This document shows, piece by piece, positions 45,527-55,692 of a DNA stretch of 55,692 nt. The stretch comes from a virus (taxonomy: Duplodnaviria > Caudoviricetes). The position numbers and the translations under genes are program-made. The notes beneath the pieces were generated by a model. The model was not told the DNA's origin and did no database searches. It worked only from the letters and a program-made list of their open reading frames with translations. Within the stretch, counting starts at the first letter, position 1. Every line of letters starts with the position of its first letter. The DNA lies in IMG/VR virus record IMGVR_UViG_3300029787_000058, positions 1-55,692 of that record. One strand, given 5' to 3'.

Positions 45527-47623
45527 ATGGCTGGACTAATTACAATTGATGAAGACATTCTGGTAAACATTTGCCCAGACAATTCATCGGGCAAAAATGT
45601 AGTCATAGCAGAACTAGATATCCAACTTCCCAAGCAGCCTCCTAAGAATAAAATATTATTTAATGACTTGCCAAAAGCAGAACAGCGATGGCAGCGAACC
45701 CCTTTACCAGAGGACTTAAAAAAAGTAACATCCATGGAAGAGTGGATGACTATGCCAGAATCATTTCGTAAATTACATACTAACTATATTGCTCAAGAAT
45801 ATGAAAGACGACGCAGCGGTGTGTGGTTCTATAACAATGGAGTACCCACCTATATCACAGGCAACCACTACTTCTTTTTACAGTGGTCTAAAATTGACAT
45901 CGGATATCCAGACTATCTGGAGTTCCAACGAGAACTTTATATACACCTTGAAGCCTGCTCAGTAGACCCAAGATGTCTAGGGCAGATTTATGTAAAGTGT
46001 AGACGATCTGGATATACCAATATGTCCGCATCTATACTTGTTAACGAAGGCACTCAAGTAAAAGAAAAACTCTTAGGCTTAATGTCTAAGACCGGAGCAG
46101 ATGCTCAGGAAAACATCTTTATGAAAAAAGTAGTTCCAATCTATAAAAGTCTGCCATTCTTTTTTAAACCGATACAAGATGGAACAACAAACCCAAGAAT
46201 GGAACTAGCATTTAGGGAGCCATCAAAAAGAATTACCAAAAAGAATAAGACATCAAAAAGCGGAGAGGCTTTGAATACAGTTATAAACTGGAAGAGCACA
46301 ACAAACAATGCTTATGATGGTGAGAAACTTCACATACTTTATTTAGACGAGGCAGGGAAATGGGAAAAGCCTACAGACATTAGAGAGTCCTGGAGAATAC
46401 ACAGAACCTGTTTATTAGTGGGAAGAAAGATTGTAGGCAAATCACTTGTAGGTAGCACAGTAAATCCCCTGGACAAAGGCGGCAGGCAATTTAGAGACTT
46501 GTATGATTCAAGTAACCCATTAGAACGAAACGAAAACGGAAGAACTAAGAGTGGTTTATATTCTATATTCATACCATCATACGATGCTCTGGAAGGGTTC
46601 TTTGATATATACGGAATCCCTGTCTCTGAAGACCCACCAAAACCAACAGCGTCTAATGATGGTGAATTAATAACTATCGGAGCCAGAACTTTTTTAAAGA
46701 ACGAAAGAAAGGCTCTGGTAGGAGATTCCTATGAACTCAATGAGGTTATACGACAATTCCCTTTTACGGTAGCAGAGGCTTTTAGAGACAGCGCTAAGGC
46801 ATCATTGTTTAATGTACAGAAGATATACGAACAGGTTCAGCACAATCAAGAAATGTTTCCCTCTCCTATTGTCGTAGGCAATTTTGTTTGGCAGGATGGT
46901 GTTCTTGACACTCAAGTTATCTTCAAGCCAGACCCAAACGGAAGATGGCGAATAGCATGGTTACCTCCTGACGAATTAAGAAACAAGATTAAGCCTGAAA
47001 ACGATTGGCTTGGATGTGGGGGTGTTGACTCATATGATATAGATGCCACTGTTGATGGGAGAGGTTCTAAGGGTGCGTGTCATTTATATAATAAATTTAA
47101 TATGGCGCATCCATCAAATATGTTTGTTGCCGAGTATGCATCACGACCTCCATTAGCAAAGATCTTTTATGAGGATGTTTTAATGGCATCTAAATACTAT
47201 GGATACCCAATACTCATAGAGAATAATAAATATGGAATTGCCAGGCATTTTGAGACTAGAGGCTACTCTGATTGGTTGATGGATAGACCTACTCATATTG
47301 GATCTGGTTTTGGCACTAAGACAAAAACTAAAGGTATACCATCTAATTCTCAAGACATTATACAGTCTCACGCCCAAGCCATTGAGTCATATGTTCATAA
47401 TTATGTAGGGCTAAATGAAGAGTCGTTAGAGTTTGGAACTATGTATTTTGAAAGGACACTAGAGGATTGGGTAAACTTCAAGGTTGATGATAGAACTAAG
47501 TTTGACCTTTCTATATCTAGTGGATTAGCATTGCTTGCATCTCAAAGTACAACCAAACAAAAACCTAAATCTGACATGAACTTAAAGAAATTCTTTAGGA
47601 AGGGTCAGATAATTATACGATAA
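45527..47623 (+). CDS. Terminase large subunit
   Basis: KCRRSGYT, YDGEKL, LDEAGKW (Walker B), GVDSYD, IENNK, FD.SISSGLA. Confidence 0.9.
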   Translation: MAGLITIDEDILVNICPDNSSGKNVVIAELDIQLPKQPPKNKILFNDLPKAEQRWQRTPLPEDLKKVTSMEEWMTMPESFRKLHTNYIAQEYERRRSGVWFYNNGVPTYITGNHYFFLQWSKIDIGYPDYLEFQRELYIHLEACSVDPRCLGQIYVKCRRSGYTNMSASILVNEGTQVKEKLLGLMSKTGADAQENIFMKKVVPIYKSLPFFFKPIQDGTTNPRMELAFREPSKRITKKNKTSKSGEALNTVINWKSTTNNAYDGEKLHILYLDEAGKWEKPTDIRESWRIHRTCLLVGRKIVGKSLVGSTVNPLDKGGRQFRDLYDSSNPLERNENGRTKSGLYSIFIPSYDALEGFFDIYGIPVSEDPPKPTASNDGELITIGARTFLKNERKALVGDSYELNEVIRQFPFTVAEAFRDSAKASLFNVQKIYEQVQHNQEMFPSPIVVGNFVWQDGVLDTQVIFKPDPNGRWRIAWLPPDELRNKIKPENDWLGCGGVDSYDIDATVDGRGSKGACHLYNKFNMAHPSNMFVAEYASRPPLAKIFYEDVLMASKYYGYPILIENNKYGIARHFETRGYSDWLMDRPTHIGSGFGTKTKTKGIPSNSQDIIQSHAQAIESYVHNYVGLNEESLEFGTMYFERTLEDWVNFKVDDRTKFDLSISSGLALLASQSTTKQKPKSDMNLKKFFRKGQIIIR

Positions 47624-47633
47624 TTAATTGAAG

Positions 47634-47641
47634 TATATTTG
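47634..47641 (+). promoter_or_regulatory. -7 promoter TATATTTG
   Basis: Consensus match upstream of portal. Confidence 0.65.
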
Positions 47642-47661
47642 CAATATTACCCTCTTTGAGT

Positions 47662-50097
47662 ATGAACAATCAATATAACAAGGGACAGTCATCTTTCCCG
47701 GATCCATTAGCAAGCACAGAAGAGAAGTTGGAGAATTCTTATGGTCTTCAATATGCGAAGGCTATGTTTGCTCAGTGGGTAGGTAGTGACTATTCTAATT
47801 CTCTTTATGGCAGAAGAAATGCTGAGATAGAAAGGTGCAGAGATTATGCACAAGGAACACAAGACACTTCTATTTATAGAAAAATATTAAACTCTTTAGA
47901 TCCTAATGGAGGAGGAGGAACTCTTCTTACTTTGGACTATACTCCTGTACCTATTGTTCCGAAGTTTGTTAAGATAGTGGTTAACAAGATTTTATCTAGA
48001 GCGCCATACCCAAATATCGAAGCGGTAGATCCATTGTCTAAATCAGAAAAAGACAAGAAGAAAAATGCTACTATATTAAAAATAGAAAACAAAGACATAC
48101 TTCAAGAGGCTAAAGATCTTGGTCTAGATGTAGATGTTGATCCTGCTCAACTTCCTGATACTCCAGAAGAAACAGAAATATTTATTGACACAAATGTAAA
48201 GACGGACGCAGAGATAGCAGCCCAACTCGGAACAGAGATGACGTTAAAGTGGAATGACTTTAACCAGGCAATATATCGAAGATGCGTAGAAGATTTATCT
48301 GTTACAGGAATAGGAATAGCCAGACGTTCCAATGATCCTAACTATGGAATCAAAGAAGAATATGTTGATCCAGCAAAGTTCATACACAACTGGACTGATG
48401 ATCCTAACTTTACAGACCTTACTTACGCAGGTAGTTTCCGTCTTATAACCATAATGGAACTCAAAAGAATTGCAGGTGATCAATTTACTGAAACGCAATA
48501 TGAAGAGATTGCAAAGACAGTAATGAATAAGTACGGTAATCAGCCTGATCAATTCTCGACATCGACTCAGTCTGGTTATAGCAGGGCAAACAAAAGATTT
48601 CAACAGGGGTATGATGAGTATAAGGTTGAGGTTCTAGATTTTGAATTCATGTCTGTTGATGATGTGATATTTGAAAAGAAAGAGTCAGCCTATGGAAACA
48701 TTGGCTTTTATTATAAAGGAACCGAATACAACGCACCTCAACAATCTGTATATAATAGGGAAGCGGTATACATGAGCAATGCCACAGTATACGGAGGAAC
48801 TTTAATAGTAGGTACGGATCATATATATAACTATGGCCCCCAAAAGAACATACCTAAAAACGTACACGATATAAGCAGAGCAAGACTCTCTTACAGTATA
48901 GTTGCTACGAATATTCGAGGAATGATTCCTAAGTCGATGGTTTCTTCTGTGATTGGTTTTGCTGATATGCTACAAATCACTCACCTTAAAATTCAACAAG
49001 CAATCGCGAAGGCAAAGCCCGATGGTTTAATTATAGACATTGAGGGACTAGAGAATGTGCAACTTGGAAAAGGTGGTTCATTAGAGCCATTAGAAATACA
49101 AGACATTTACGAGCAAACAGGTGTGTTCTATTACCGGTCTAAGAATCCAGAGGGAGGATTCCAAAACCCTCCAGTTAGAGAGATAGGAAATGCTATAAGA
49201 AACATCACCGAACTAGTAGCAATATATAATCACTATCTAAGGATGATTAGAGACGCTACAGGCATCAATGAAGTAATGGATGGCACAACACCTAAAGGCG
49301 ATGCGTTAGTTGGCGTTAGAGAGCAAGCAATGGCCGCGGGCAACAATGCTATATATGACATAACAAACGCTGCACACGTTCTTTATAAAAAGGTGTGTGA
49401 TGATATCGTTCGCTGTTTGCAGATTATTCCAAAGGATAGTATTCTTTATAATGTATATACGAATGCAGTAGGAGAAACTAACATGGCAGTTCTTACTTCG
49501 TTTGACAATTTAGCGATGTATAATTTCGGAGTGATGGTAGTCACTGAAATGAATGATACAGACAAAGCATATCTCGAACAAAATATTCAAATAGCACTAG
49601 GTCAAAAAGAGATAGACTTAGAGGATGCTATTGCCATCAGACAACTAAAGGACGTAGAGCAAGCCGAAAGATTACTCGTTGTAAGAAGAGCAAAAAGAAT
49701 AAAGGCTCAGCAACAACAAGCGGCACAACAGGCGCAGGTTCAGTCTCAGTTAAACGCTCAGTCTCAACAAATTGCAGCCCAGGCTGAAATGGAAAAAGAT
49801 CAGGTAAGATCACAACTAGAGATACAGCGGATGCAGTTGGAGGGTCAAATCAAATCTCAACTGATGCAATTAGAGTATCAGTATAAAATGCAGATTGAAC
49901 AACTCAAAGGGCAGTATGATATTACCGAACAAGAAATAGAAAGTGGAGTCAGGCAGGCTGAAAACATGGAATCTGAAAATCGAAAGGATGAAAGAATTGA
50001 CAGACAAGCCATGGCTCAAAGTAAACTCATAGCACAGAGAAAAGGAGATCGTCCACCTATGGATGAAACTTTGTCTGGCGCATTAACTAATATATAA
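47662..50097 (+). CDS. Portal protein
   Basis: About 810 aa after terminase; PVPIVPKFV.IVVN, IRD.TG.NE..DG, Q-rich coiled C-terminus. Confidence 0.88.
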   Translation: MNNQYNKGQSSFPDPLASTEEKLENSYGLQYAKAMFAQWVGSDYSNSLYGRRNAEIERCRDYAQGTQDTSIYRKILNSLDPNGGGGTLLTLDYTPVPIVPKFVKIVVNKILSRAPYPNIEAVDPLSKSEKDKKKNATILKIENKDILQEAKDLGLDVDVDPAQLPDTPEETEIFIDTNVKTDAEIAAQLGTEMTLKWNDFNQAIYRRCVEDLSVTGIGIARRSNDPNYGIKEEYVDPAKFIHNWTDDPNFTDLTYAGSFRLITIMELKRIAGDQFTETQYEEIAKTVMNKYGNQPDQFSTSTQSGYSRANKRFQQGYDEYKVEVLDFEFMSVDDVIFEKKESAYGNIGFYYKGTEYNAPQQSVYNREAVYMSNATVYGGTLIVGTDHIYNYGPQKNIPKNVHDISRARLSYSIVATNIRGMIPKSMVSSVIGFADMLQITHLKIQQAIAKAKPDGLIIDIEGLENVQLGKGGSLEPLEIQDIYEQTGVFYYRSKNPEGGFQNPPVREIGNAIRNITELVAIYNHYLRMIRDATGINEVMDGTTPKGDALVGVREQAMAAGNNAIYDITNAAHVLYKKVCDDIVRCLQIIPKDSILYNVYTNAVGETNMAVLTSFDNLAMYNFGVMVVTEMNDTDKAYLEQNIQIALGQKEIDLEDAIAIRQLKDVEQAERLLVVRRAKRIKAQQQQAAQQAQVQSQLNAQSQQIAAQAEMEKDQVRSQLEIQRMQLEGQIKSQLMQLEYQYKMQIEQLKGQYDITEQEIESGVRQAENMESENRKDERIDRQAMAQSKLIAQRKGDRPPMDETLSGALTNI

Positions 50098-50102
50098 TAA
50101 CA

Positions 50103-50510
50103 ATGGCCTGTAACTCATGTAATCAATCGTCTTCTGCTTGCAGATGTCAAACCCCTAAAAATGTTGACCTGTCCGCTGCTACACAATTAAATATTTGTTG
50201 TAGACGTGCGAATACATTTATACTTAAAGCCAATGTAAAAGACTCGACCGGAACGGCTATTGATTTAACCCTTTACACTTACGAGATGCAAGTAAGGGAG
50301 TATGACAACGGCCCATTAATTATATCTAATTCAAACATAACTATAACCGGAACTGCCGCTGGTCTTCTTACCATTACAATTACCGACACTAACATGACTG
50401 TAGATGCTGGTACATATGTGTATGGAGTAGAGTTTACTCTAACAGCGACTGGGGAAAAAGAAACGTGGTTCTACGGAACATTCGATGTACAGCAAAATAT
50501 TGTAAACTAA
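50103..50510 (+). CDS. Fibre attachment/BppU-like structural protein
   Basis: IDLT.Y...MQVR, G.L.I.I, AGTYVY, G.F.V..N; Cys-rich N-terminus. Confidence 0.55.
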   Translation: MACNSCNQSSSACRCQTPKNVDLSAATQLNICCRRANTFILKANVKDSTGTAIDLTLYTYEMQVREYDNGPLIISNSNITITGTAAGLLTITITDTNMTVDAGTYVYGVEFTLTATGEKETWFYGTFDVQQNIVN

Positions 50511-50513
50511 ATT

Positions 50514-53500
50514 ATGTCAGACACAGGACCTATAGAGATTATTGTAACTGATCAGCCTGGAGATGTAATAACTATTACTCAACCTAGCCCTATATCTATT
50601 GACATTAATAATGGAGCCGTAGAACAACTCGTTGGATCAAAAGGTCAAAAAGGCGAGAAGGGCGAGAAGGGCCAGAAAGGTGAGATAGGTGTTAAAGGAC
50701 AAAAGGGGGATCAGGGAGAGCAAGGTATAAAAGGAGACAAGGGACAAAAAGGTCTTGATGGAGATGGAGTCAAAGGACAAAAGGGTGAAGTCGGTGAGAA
50801 AGGTCAAAAAGGAGAACAAGGAGTTAAAGGTGACAAAGGAGTTAAAGGTGAGGTTGGAGACAAAGGACAAAAAGGAGAGGTTGCTGAAAAGGGATCCAAG
50901 GGTGAAGTAGGTGAAAAGGGACAGAAAGGAGAACAAGGCGACAAAGGCCAGAAAGGTGAAGTAGGCGATAAAGGTCAGAAAGGTGAGGTCGCTGAAAAAG
51001 GATCTAAAGGTGAGGTTGGTGAAAAAGGTCAAAAGGGTGAAGTAGGGGAGAAAGGAACTAAAGGTGAAGTAGGCGAGAAAGGACAGAAGGGCGAAGTCGG
51101 AGAGAAAGGACAGAAAGGTGAAGTCGGAGAGAAGGGACAAAAAGGCGAGAAGGGAGAAAAGGGTGAGAAAGGCGAAAAGGGTGAGAAAGGTCAGAAGGGC
51201 CAGAAAGGACAACAGGGTCCATTACCTGCTGCAACCTATGAGTACGCTTTCAGCACCGCTATAACAGGAAGTCCTGCTACTGGCATTGCTAGGTTTAACA
51301 ATGAGACTCAGAACACATCTACATCGGTCGTTATAAACTCTACCGATAAAAACGGAGACACTATACCCACCCCAAGCGCAGGATCAGTATTGGTTAGATC
51401 TGTAAGTACATCCACAGACTTTATAAACTTTAACATAGATAGTGTTGCTCTTGACACAGGAATAATAACCTGTACTGTCACTGTACAAGGTAGTAGTGGA
51501 AACAGTCCATTTAGTGATGGAGAAGAAATAACTTTATCCTTTGCCGAAGGTGGAGCCAAGGGGCAGAAGGGTGAGAAAGGCGAGAAAGGAGAAAAGGGTG
51601 AAAAAGGACAGAAGGGTGATAAAGGCGAGAAGGGAGAAAAAGGCGAGAAAGGTCAGAAAGGAGACAAGGGCCAAAAAGGTGAAAAAGGAACTAGAGGTCA
51701 AAACTCTGCGAACAGTTACCCCTATAATTTTAGAACAGACACTACAGGAAATCCAGCATCAGGAGACCTGAGAGGAAACGAAACAGATCAAAATACTTCT
51801 ACAAGGATCGTTCTCAATCAAGTCGATGGGGATGGTTTAACTATTCCTGCGGTGGGTGCTACTCAGGCAGGAACTATAACTATAAGGGCCGTAGAGACTC
51901 AATCTAATTTCTTGACGTTTGATTTTAGCGGAGGAGATACCGATTCTGGAGAGATAGAACTTACTGGTTCTATTTCCGCTTCAAGTGCCACCAGTCCTTT
52001 TACTGACAATACAGCAGTCACTGTTTCTTTTGTGTTTGATGGCGCTAAAGGAGATAAAGGACAGAAAGGCGAAAAAGGAGAGAAGGGAGAAAAGGGAGAG
52101 AAAGGACAGAAAGGAGACAAAGGTCAAAAGGGAGAGAAAGGAACCAGGGGTCAGAACTCTGCCAATAGTTATCCTTACAATTTTAGAACTGCCACAAGTG
52201 GAAGTGTTGCTAACGGTGACATGAGAGGTAATGAGTCTACTCAGAATACTTCTACACGAATTGTTCTTAGCCAAGTAGACAGCGATGGATTAACAATTCC
52301 TTCTGTAGCCGCAGATCAAAATGGTTCGGTTACAATACGAGAAGTTGAGAACCAGGCTAACTTTATAACATTTGCTTTTACAGGTGGTGATACATCTGGA
52401 GGTGAGATTGAACTTACTGGTTCTGTAAGCGCCTCAAGCGCGGCTAACCCATTCAGCGATAGTGATGCTGTAATTGTTTCATTTCAGAATGATGGAACTA
52501 AAGGTCAAAAAGGCGTTAAAGGAGAAAAGGGTGAGAAGGGAGAAAAAGGCGAAAAAGGAGAGAAGGGCGAAAAGGGACAGAAGGGAGACAAAGGACAGAA
52601 AGGTGAAAAAGGAACTAGAGGTCAGTCGGCTGCTAACATCTACCCTTATGTGTTTAGCACAGCAACCTCTGGTAATCCAGTCAGCGGAGAACTAAGAGGT
52701 AATGAATCTACACAAAACGCTTCTACACGAATTGTTATTAACCAGTCCGATAGCGACGGCTTAACCATCCCTGCGGTTGGTGCAAATGATGTTGGTACTG
52801 TTACCATAAGAGAAGTAGAGAACCAAACAAACTTTATTACTTTCGACTTTACTTCTGGGGATACTGGTTCAGGAGAAATAGAACTAACAGGGTCTGTAAC
52901 TGCATCCAGTGCAAGTAATCCGTTTAGTGATCAAGACGCTGTTAATATATCTTTTGTATTTGATGGTGCTAAAGGACAAAAAGGAGAAGCAGGTGCTTCA
53001 GTCAAAGGACAAAAAGGTGAGAAAGGCGAGAAGGGTGAAAAAGGACAGAAGGGTGATAAAGGTCAAAAAGGAGAGCGTGGCGTAAATGCTGGAAACGTAT
53101 ACAACTTTACCTTTAAGACAGACACAAGTGGGGATATGCCCGCTGGAGAAGTAAGAGGTAATGAATCTACACAGAATAGTACCACTCGACTGAATTTCAA
53201 TAATCAAGATTCAGACAACGAATCTGTAGTTACTCCAACAGCGCCAGGTATTGTTACTGTTAGAGAAGTGGAAACTACAAGTAACTTTTATAAGTTTTCT
53301 TATACCTCTGTTGGAACAACTGGTGATCAAATAGAATTAGAAGGATCGGTTAGCGCCTCAAGCGCGTCTAACCCTTTTAGTGACAATGACAGTGTGACAT
53401 TATCTTTTCAGTTTAATGGCTCTGATGGATCCAAAGGACAGAAAGGTCAAGATGGTACTTCAGTAAAAGGTCAGAAAGGAGAGAAGGGCGAGAAGGGCGA

Positions 53501-55460
53501 GAAGGGTCAGAAAGGCCAAGATGGTGCTTCAGTAAAAGGTCAGAAGGGTCAAGCAGGAGCAGATGGAGCAGCGGCCACTGTTCAGGTTGGATCTACTACA
53601 ACGCTCTCTGCTGGAGAAGATGCTACTGTTGAGAACAGCGGTAGTACGGAGGACGCTACTTTTGATTTTGGAATACCTCAAGGTATTGCTGGCGCTAAGG
53701 GTCAAAAGGGTCAAGATGGTTCTTCAGTAAAAGGACAGAAGGGTGAAGCCGGTTCTTCTGTTAAAGGACAAAAAGGAGAAGCAGGAACCAATGGATCTGA
53801 TGGATCTAAAGGTCAGAAGGGTCAAGAAGGAGAACCTGGTACTTCTATAAAAGGACAAAAAGGAGAAGCAGGTACTAACGGATCAGACGGATCGAAAGGA
53901 CAGAAGGGTCAAGACGGTGCTTCAGTAAAGGGTCAAAAAGGTCAAGCAGGAACAAATGGTTCTGATGGTTCGAAGGGACAAAAGGGTGAATTAGGAGAAC
54001 CTGGTGATTCAGTCAAGGGTCAAAAAGGTCAGGCAGGAACTAATGGGTCTGATGGTTCTAAAGGTCAGAAAGGTGAAGCGGGAACAAATGGATCAGATGG
54101 TTCTAAAGGACAAAAGGGTCAAGCGGGTACTAACGGTAGTAATGGTTCTAAAGGTCAGAAAGGTCAGTCGGGATCTAATGGAGTTGCTGCTACTATTCAG
54201 GTTGGGACTACTTCAACATTAGGCGCTGGAGAAAATGCTACTGTTGAAAACACTGGAGATGATCAAGACGCTACTTTTGACTTTGGTATACCCACAGGTG
54301 CTACTGGCGCAAAAGGACAAAAAGGTCAGGCTGGATCTAACGGTTCTTCAGTTAAAGGACAGAAAGGAGAACCAGGATCGAATGGTTCTAACGGATCGAA
54401 TGGGTCTAAAGGTCAGAAAGGTCAAGCGGGTACTAACGGATCGAATGGTTCTAACGGATCAGACGGTGCGAAAGGTCAGAAAGGACAAGCAGGATCTAAC
54501 GGATCGAACGGTTCTAACGGATCAGATGGTGCGAAAGGTCAGAAGGGACAAGCGGGATCTAACGGATCCTCTGTTAAAGGACAGAAAGGTGAACCTGGAA
54601 CTAATGGTTCTAATGGTTCTAACGGATCGGATGGTTCTAAAGGTCAGAAAGGTCAGGCGGGATCTAATGGTTCTTCAGTAAAAGGACAAAAAGGACAAGC
54701 AGGTGCTGATGGATCAAATGGATCGAATGGATCAAACGGTTCGAAAGGACAAAAAGGTCAAGCAGGAACTAATGGTTCTAACGGATCAAATGGATCGGAT
54801 GGTTCGAAGGGTCAGAAAGGTCAAGCAGGTGCTGATGGATCAAATGGATCGAATGGATCGAATGGATCAGACGGTTCTAAAGGACAAAAAGGACAGGCGG
54901 GTACTAATGGATCAAATGGATCTAATGGATCAAACGGTTCTAAAGGTCAGAAGGGTCAAAAAGGAGCAGAGTCATCTGCCTCTGTTACAGGTTCAGGAAG
55001 CGCAACAAGAGTTGCTTTCTGGTCAGGATCTCAAGCGTTAAGTAGTAATGCAGATCTTTACTGGAACAATGTTAGTGGAACTTCTGGAACTGGTTTAGGA
55101 ATTGGAACCACTTCAGTAGGAACGATAAACGGTACTGCTTTCGGAGGAATGAGACTTCATGTTGTTGGTAGTGGAAACATAGGAAGATTATGTTTACAAG
55201 GAGCCGTACAGGGAACTATGTTAATGAACGCTTCTGGAGGTACTTCCAACCAGAGAATTAAGTTTATACAGAGTAAGCAAAGTGAATTTAGAATGGGTAA
55301 GGTTTCAGATTCTGGAACAGAAACTACTCAATTCTCTATAGACAATAGTGGTAACTGTGAAATAGATACTAACGAAGGTGCTTTAATATTAAGAGACTCT
55401 AGTGGAACTCGATTTGCAGTTACAGTAGACGGAGGTGAATTACAAGTAAATCAATTATAA
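50514..55460 (+). CDS. Collagen-like tail fibre (Gly-X-Lys rich)
   Basis: Long GQK/GEK/GDK runs separated by five ~110-aa globular repeats, then GSN/GSD/GQK repeats and a beta-rich tip. Confidence 0.9.
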   Translation: MSDTGPIEIIVTDQPGDVITITQPSPISIDINNGAVEQLVGSKGQKGEKGEKGQKGEIGVKGQKGDQGEQGIKGDKGQKGLDGDGVKGQKGEVGEKGQKGEQGVKGDKGVKGEVGDKGQKGEVAEKGSKGEVGEKGQKGEQGDKGQKGEVGDKGQKGEVAEKGSKGEVGEKGQKGEVGEKGTKGEVGEKGQKGEVGEKGQKGEVGEKGQKGEKGEKGEKGEKGEKGQKGQKGQQGPLPAATYEYAFSTAITGSPATGIARFNNETQNTSTSVVINSTDKNGDTIPTPSAGSVLVRSVSTSTDFINFNIDSVALDTGIITCTVTVQGSSGNSPFSDGEEITLSFAEGGAKGQKGEKGEKGEKGEKGQKGDKGEKGEKGEKGQKGDKGQKGEKGTRGQNSANSYPYNFRTDTTGNPASGDLRGNETDQNTSTRIVLNQVDGDGLTIPAVGATQAGTITIRAVETQSNFLTFDFSGGDTDSGEIELTGSISASSATSPFTDNTAVTVSFVFDGAKGDKGQKGEKGEKGEKGEKGQKGDKGQKGEKGTRGQNSANSYPYNFRTATSGSVANGDMRGNESTQNTSTRIVLSQVDSDGLTIPSVAADQNGSVTIREVENQANFITFAFTGGDTSGGEIELTGSVSASSAANPFSDSDAVIVSFQNDGTKGQKGVKGEKGEKGEKGEKGEKGEKGQKGDKGQKGEKGTRGQSAANIYPYVFSTATSGNPVSGELRGNESTQNASTRIVINQSDSDGLTIPAVGANDVGTVTIREVENQTNFITFDFTSGDTGSGEIELTGSVTASSASNPFSDQDAVNISFVFDGAKGQKGEAGASVKGQKGEKGEKGEKGQKGDKGQKGERGVNAGNVYNFTFKTDTSGDMPAGEVRGNESTQNSTTRLNFNNQDSDNESVVTPTAPGIVTVREVETTSNFYKFSYTSVGTTGDQIELEGSVSASSASNPFSDNDSVTLSFQFNGSDGSKGQKGQDGTSVKGQKGEKGEKGEKGQKGQDGASVKGQKGQAGADGAAATVQVGSTTTLSAGEDATVENSGSTEDATFDFGIPQGIAGAKGQKGQDGSSVKGQKGEAGSSVKGQKGEAGTNGSDGSKGQKGQEGEPGTSIKGQKGEAGTNGSDGSKGQKGQDGASVKGQKGQAGTNGSDGSKGQKGELGEPGDSVKGQKGQAGTNGSDGSKGQKGEAGTNGSDGSKGQKGQAGTNGSNGSKGQKGQSGSNGVAATIQVGTTSTLGAGENATVENTGDDQDATFDFGIPTGATGAKGQKGQAGSNGSSVKGQKGEPGSNGSNGSNGSKGQKGQAGTNGSNGSNGSDGAKGQKGQAGSNGSNGSNGSDGAKGQKGQAGSNGSSVKGQKGEPGTNGSNGSNGSDGSKGQKGQAGSNGSSVKGQKGQAGADGSNGSNGSNGSKGQKGQAGTNGSNGSNGSDGSKGQKGQAGADGSNGSNGSNGSDGSKGQKGQAGTNGSNGSNGSNGSKGQKGQKGAESSASVTGSGSATRVAFWSGSQALSSNADLYWNNVSGTSGTGLGIGTTSVGTINGTAFGGMRLHVVGSGNIGRLCLQGAVQGTMLMNASGGTSNQRIKFIQSKQSEFRMGKVSDSGTETTQFSIDNSGNCEIDTNEGALILRDSSGTRFAVTVDGGELQVNQL

Positions 55461-55692
55461 TGGCAACAACGATAAATTGGGATTGTAAAACAGTAGAGTG
55501 CTACTCTAGTATGGGTGGCCACACAGATGTTATATATCAAGTTCATTGGAGGGTAACTGGAACTTCAGACACACTAGATCCTGATGGAGACGCTTACATG
55601 GATTCTTCTATAGGGATTCAGGCTTTGGACACAAGTGACCTTAGCGGGTTCACCGCGTTTTCCAATCTAACACATTCCGACATTATTTCTTG
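55460..55692 (+). CDS. Partial second allele of 334-678, directly TAATG-coupled to fibre gene
   Basis: MATTINWDCK...; truncated by window end. Confidence 0.85.
   Translation, partial: MATTINWDCKTVECYSSMGGHTDVIYQVHWRVTGTSDTLDPDGDAYMDSSIGIQALDTSDLSGFTAFSNLTHSDIIS

Noticed and set aside
54360-54940. Repeated N-G-S as N-glycosylation sequons
   Set aside because: They arise automatically from GSN collagen triplets; no oligosaccharyltransferase or recognisable N-glycosyltransferase is present.
50630-54970. Repeats considered as CRISPR array or diversity-generating retroelement
   Set aside because: They are in-frame coding repeats with synonymous variation; there is no constant repeat/unique spacer pattern, reverse transcriptase or adenine-specific template/variable pair.
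50637-55041. Long alternative-frame and antisense ORFs over the collagen gene (e.g. 50637-51212 -, 54235-54681 +, 54703-55041 +)
   Set aside because: Shadows of the Gly-X-Y codon periodicity; low complexity and no independent signals.
1-55692. Assignment to Crassvirales proper, alternative genetic code, or prophage
   Set aside because: The virion module is reminiscent, but the genome is small with no visible virion RNA polymerase or DNA polymerase; ORFs are intact under the standard code; no integrase, tRNA or host genes were seen.

Overview
The window is essentially one complete, circularly overlapping dsDNA tailed-phage genome of about 55.1-55.4 kb; positions 1-90 and 334-566 recur at the right end. 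The host is very probably a Bacteroidota (Flavobacteria-type) bacterium, judging from TAnnTTTG -7 promoters and A-rich start regions lacking Shine-Dalgarno sequences. The + strand carries the packaging and virion genes: GroES-like protein, terminase, portal, collagen-like fibre, scaffold, major capsid, tail ring and stabilisation proteins, and large internal proteins. The - strand (about 25.7-41.0 kb) carries replication/recombination genes, small early genes and an amidase endolysin. I recognised no DNA or RNA polymerase, integrase, tRNA or CRISPR array. Main highlights: (1) a three-domain enzyme (GT-B glycosyltransferase + COLGALT/GT25 galactosyltransferase + PLOD-type lysyl hydroxylase) lies next to a Gly-X-Lys collagen fibre, a candidate animal-like collagen hydroxylation/glycosylation system in a bacteriophage; (2) three hammerhead ribozymes sit between early genes, two of them with compensatory base changes; (3) two candidate small RNAs are complementary to a shared early-gene leader motif; (4) a 37-aa peptide resembles the redox tail of ribonucleotide reductase; (5) a 44-aa gene is overprinted inside the 1878-aa virion protein; (6) the two copies of the terminal overlap differ by a whole-gene insertion. 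All protein family calls come from motif recognition by eye, not from database searches.
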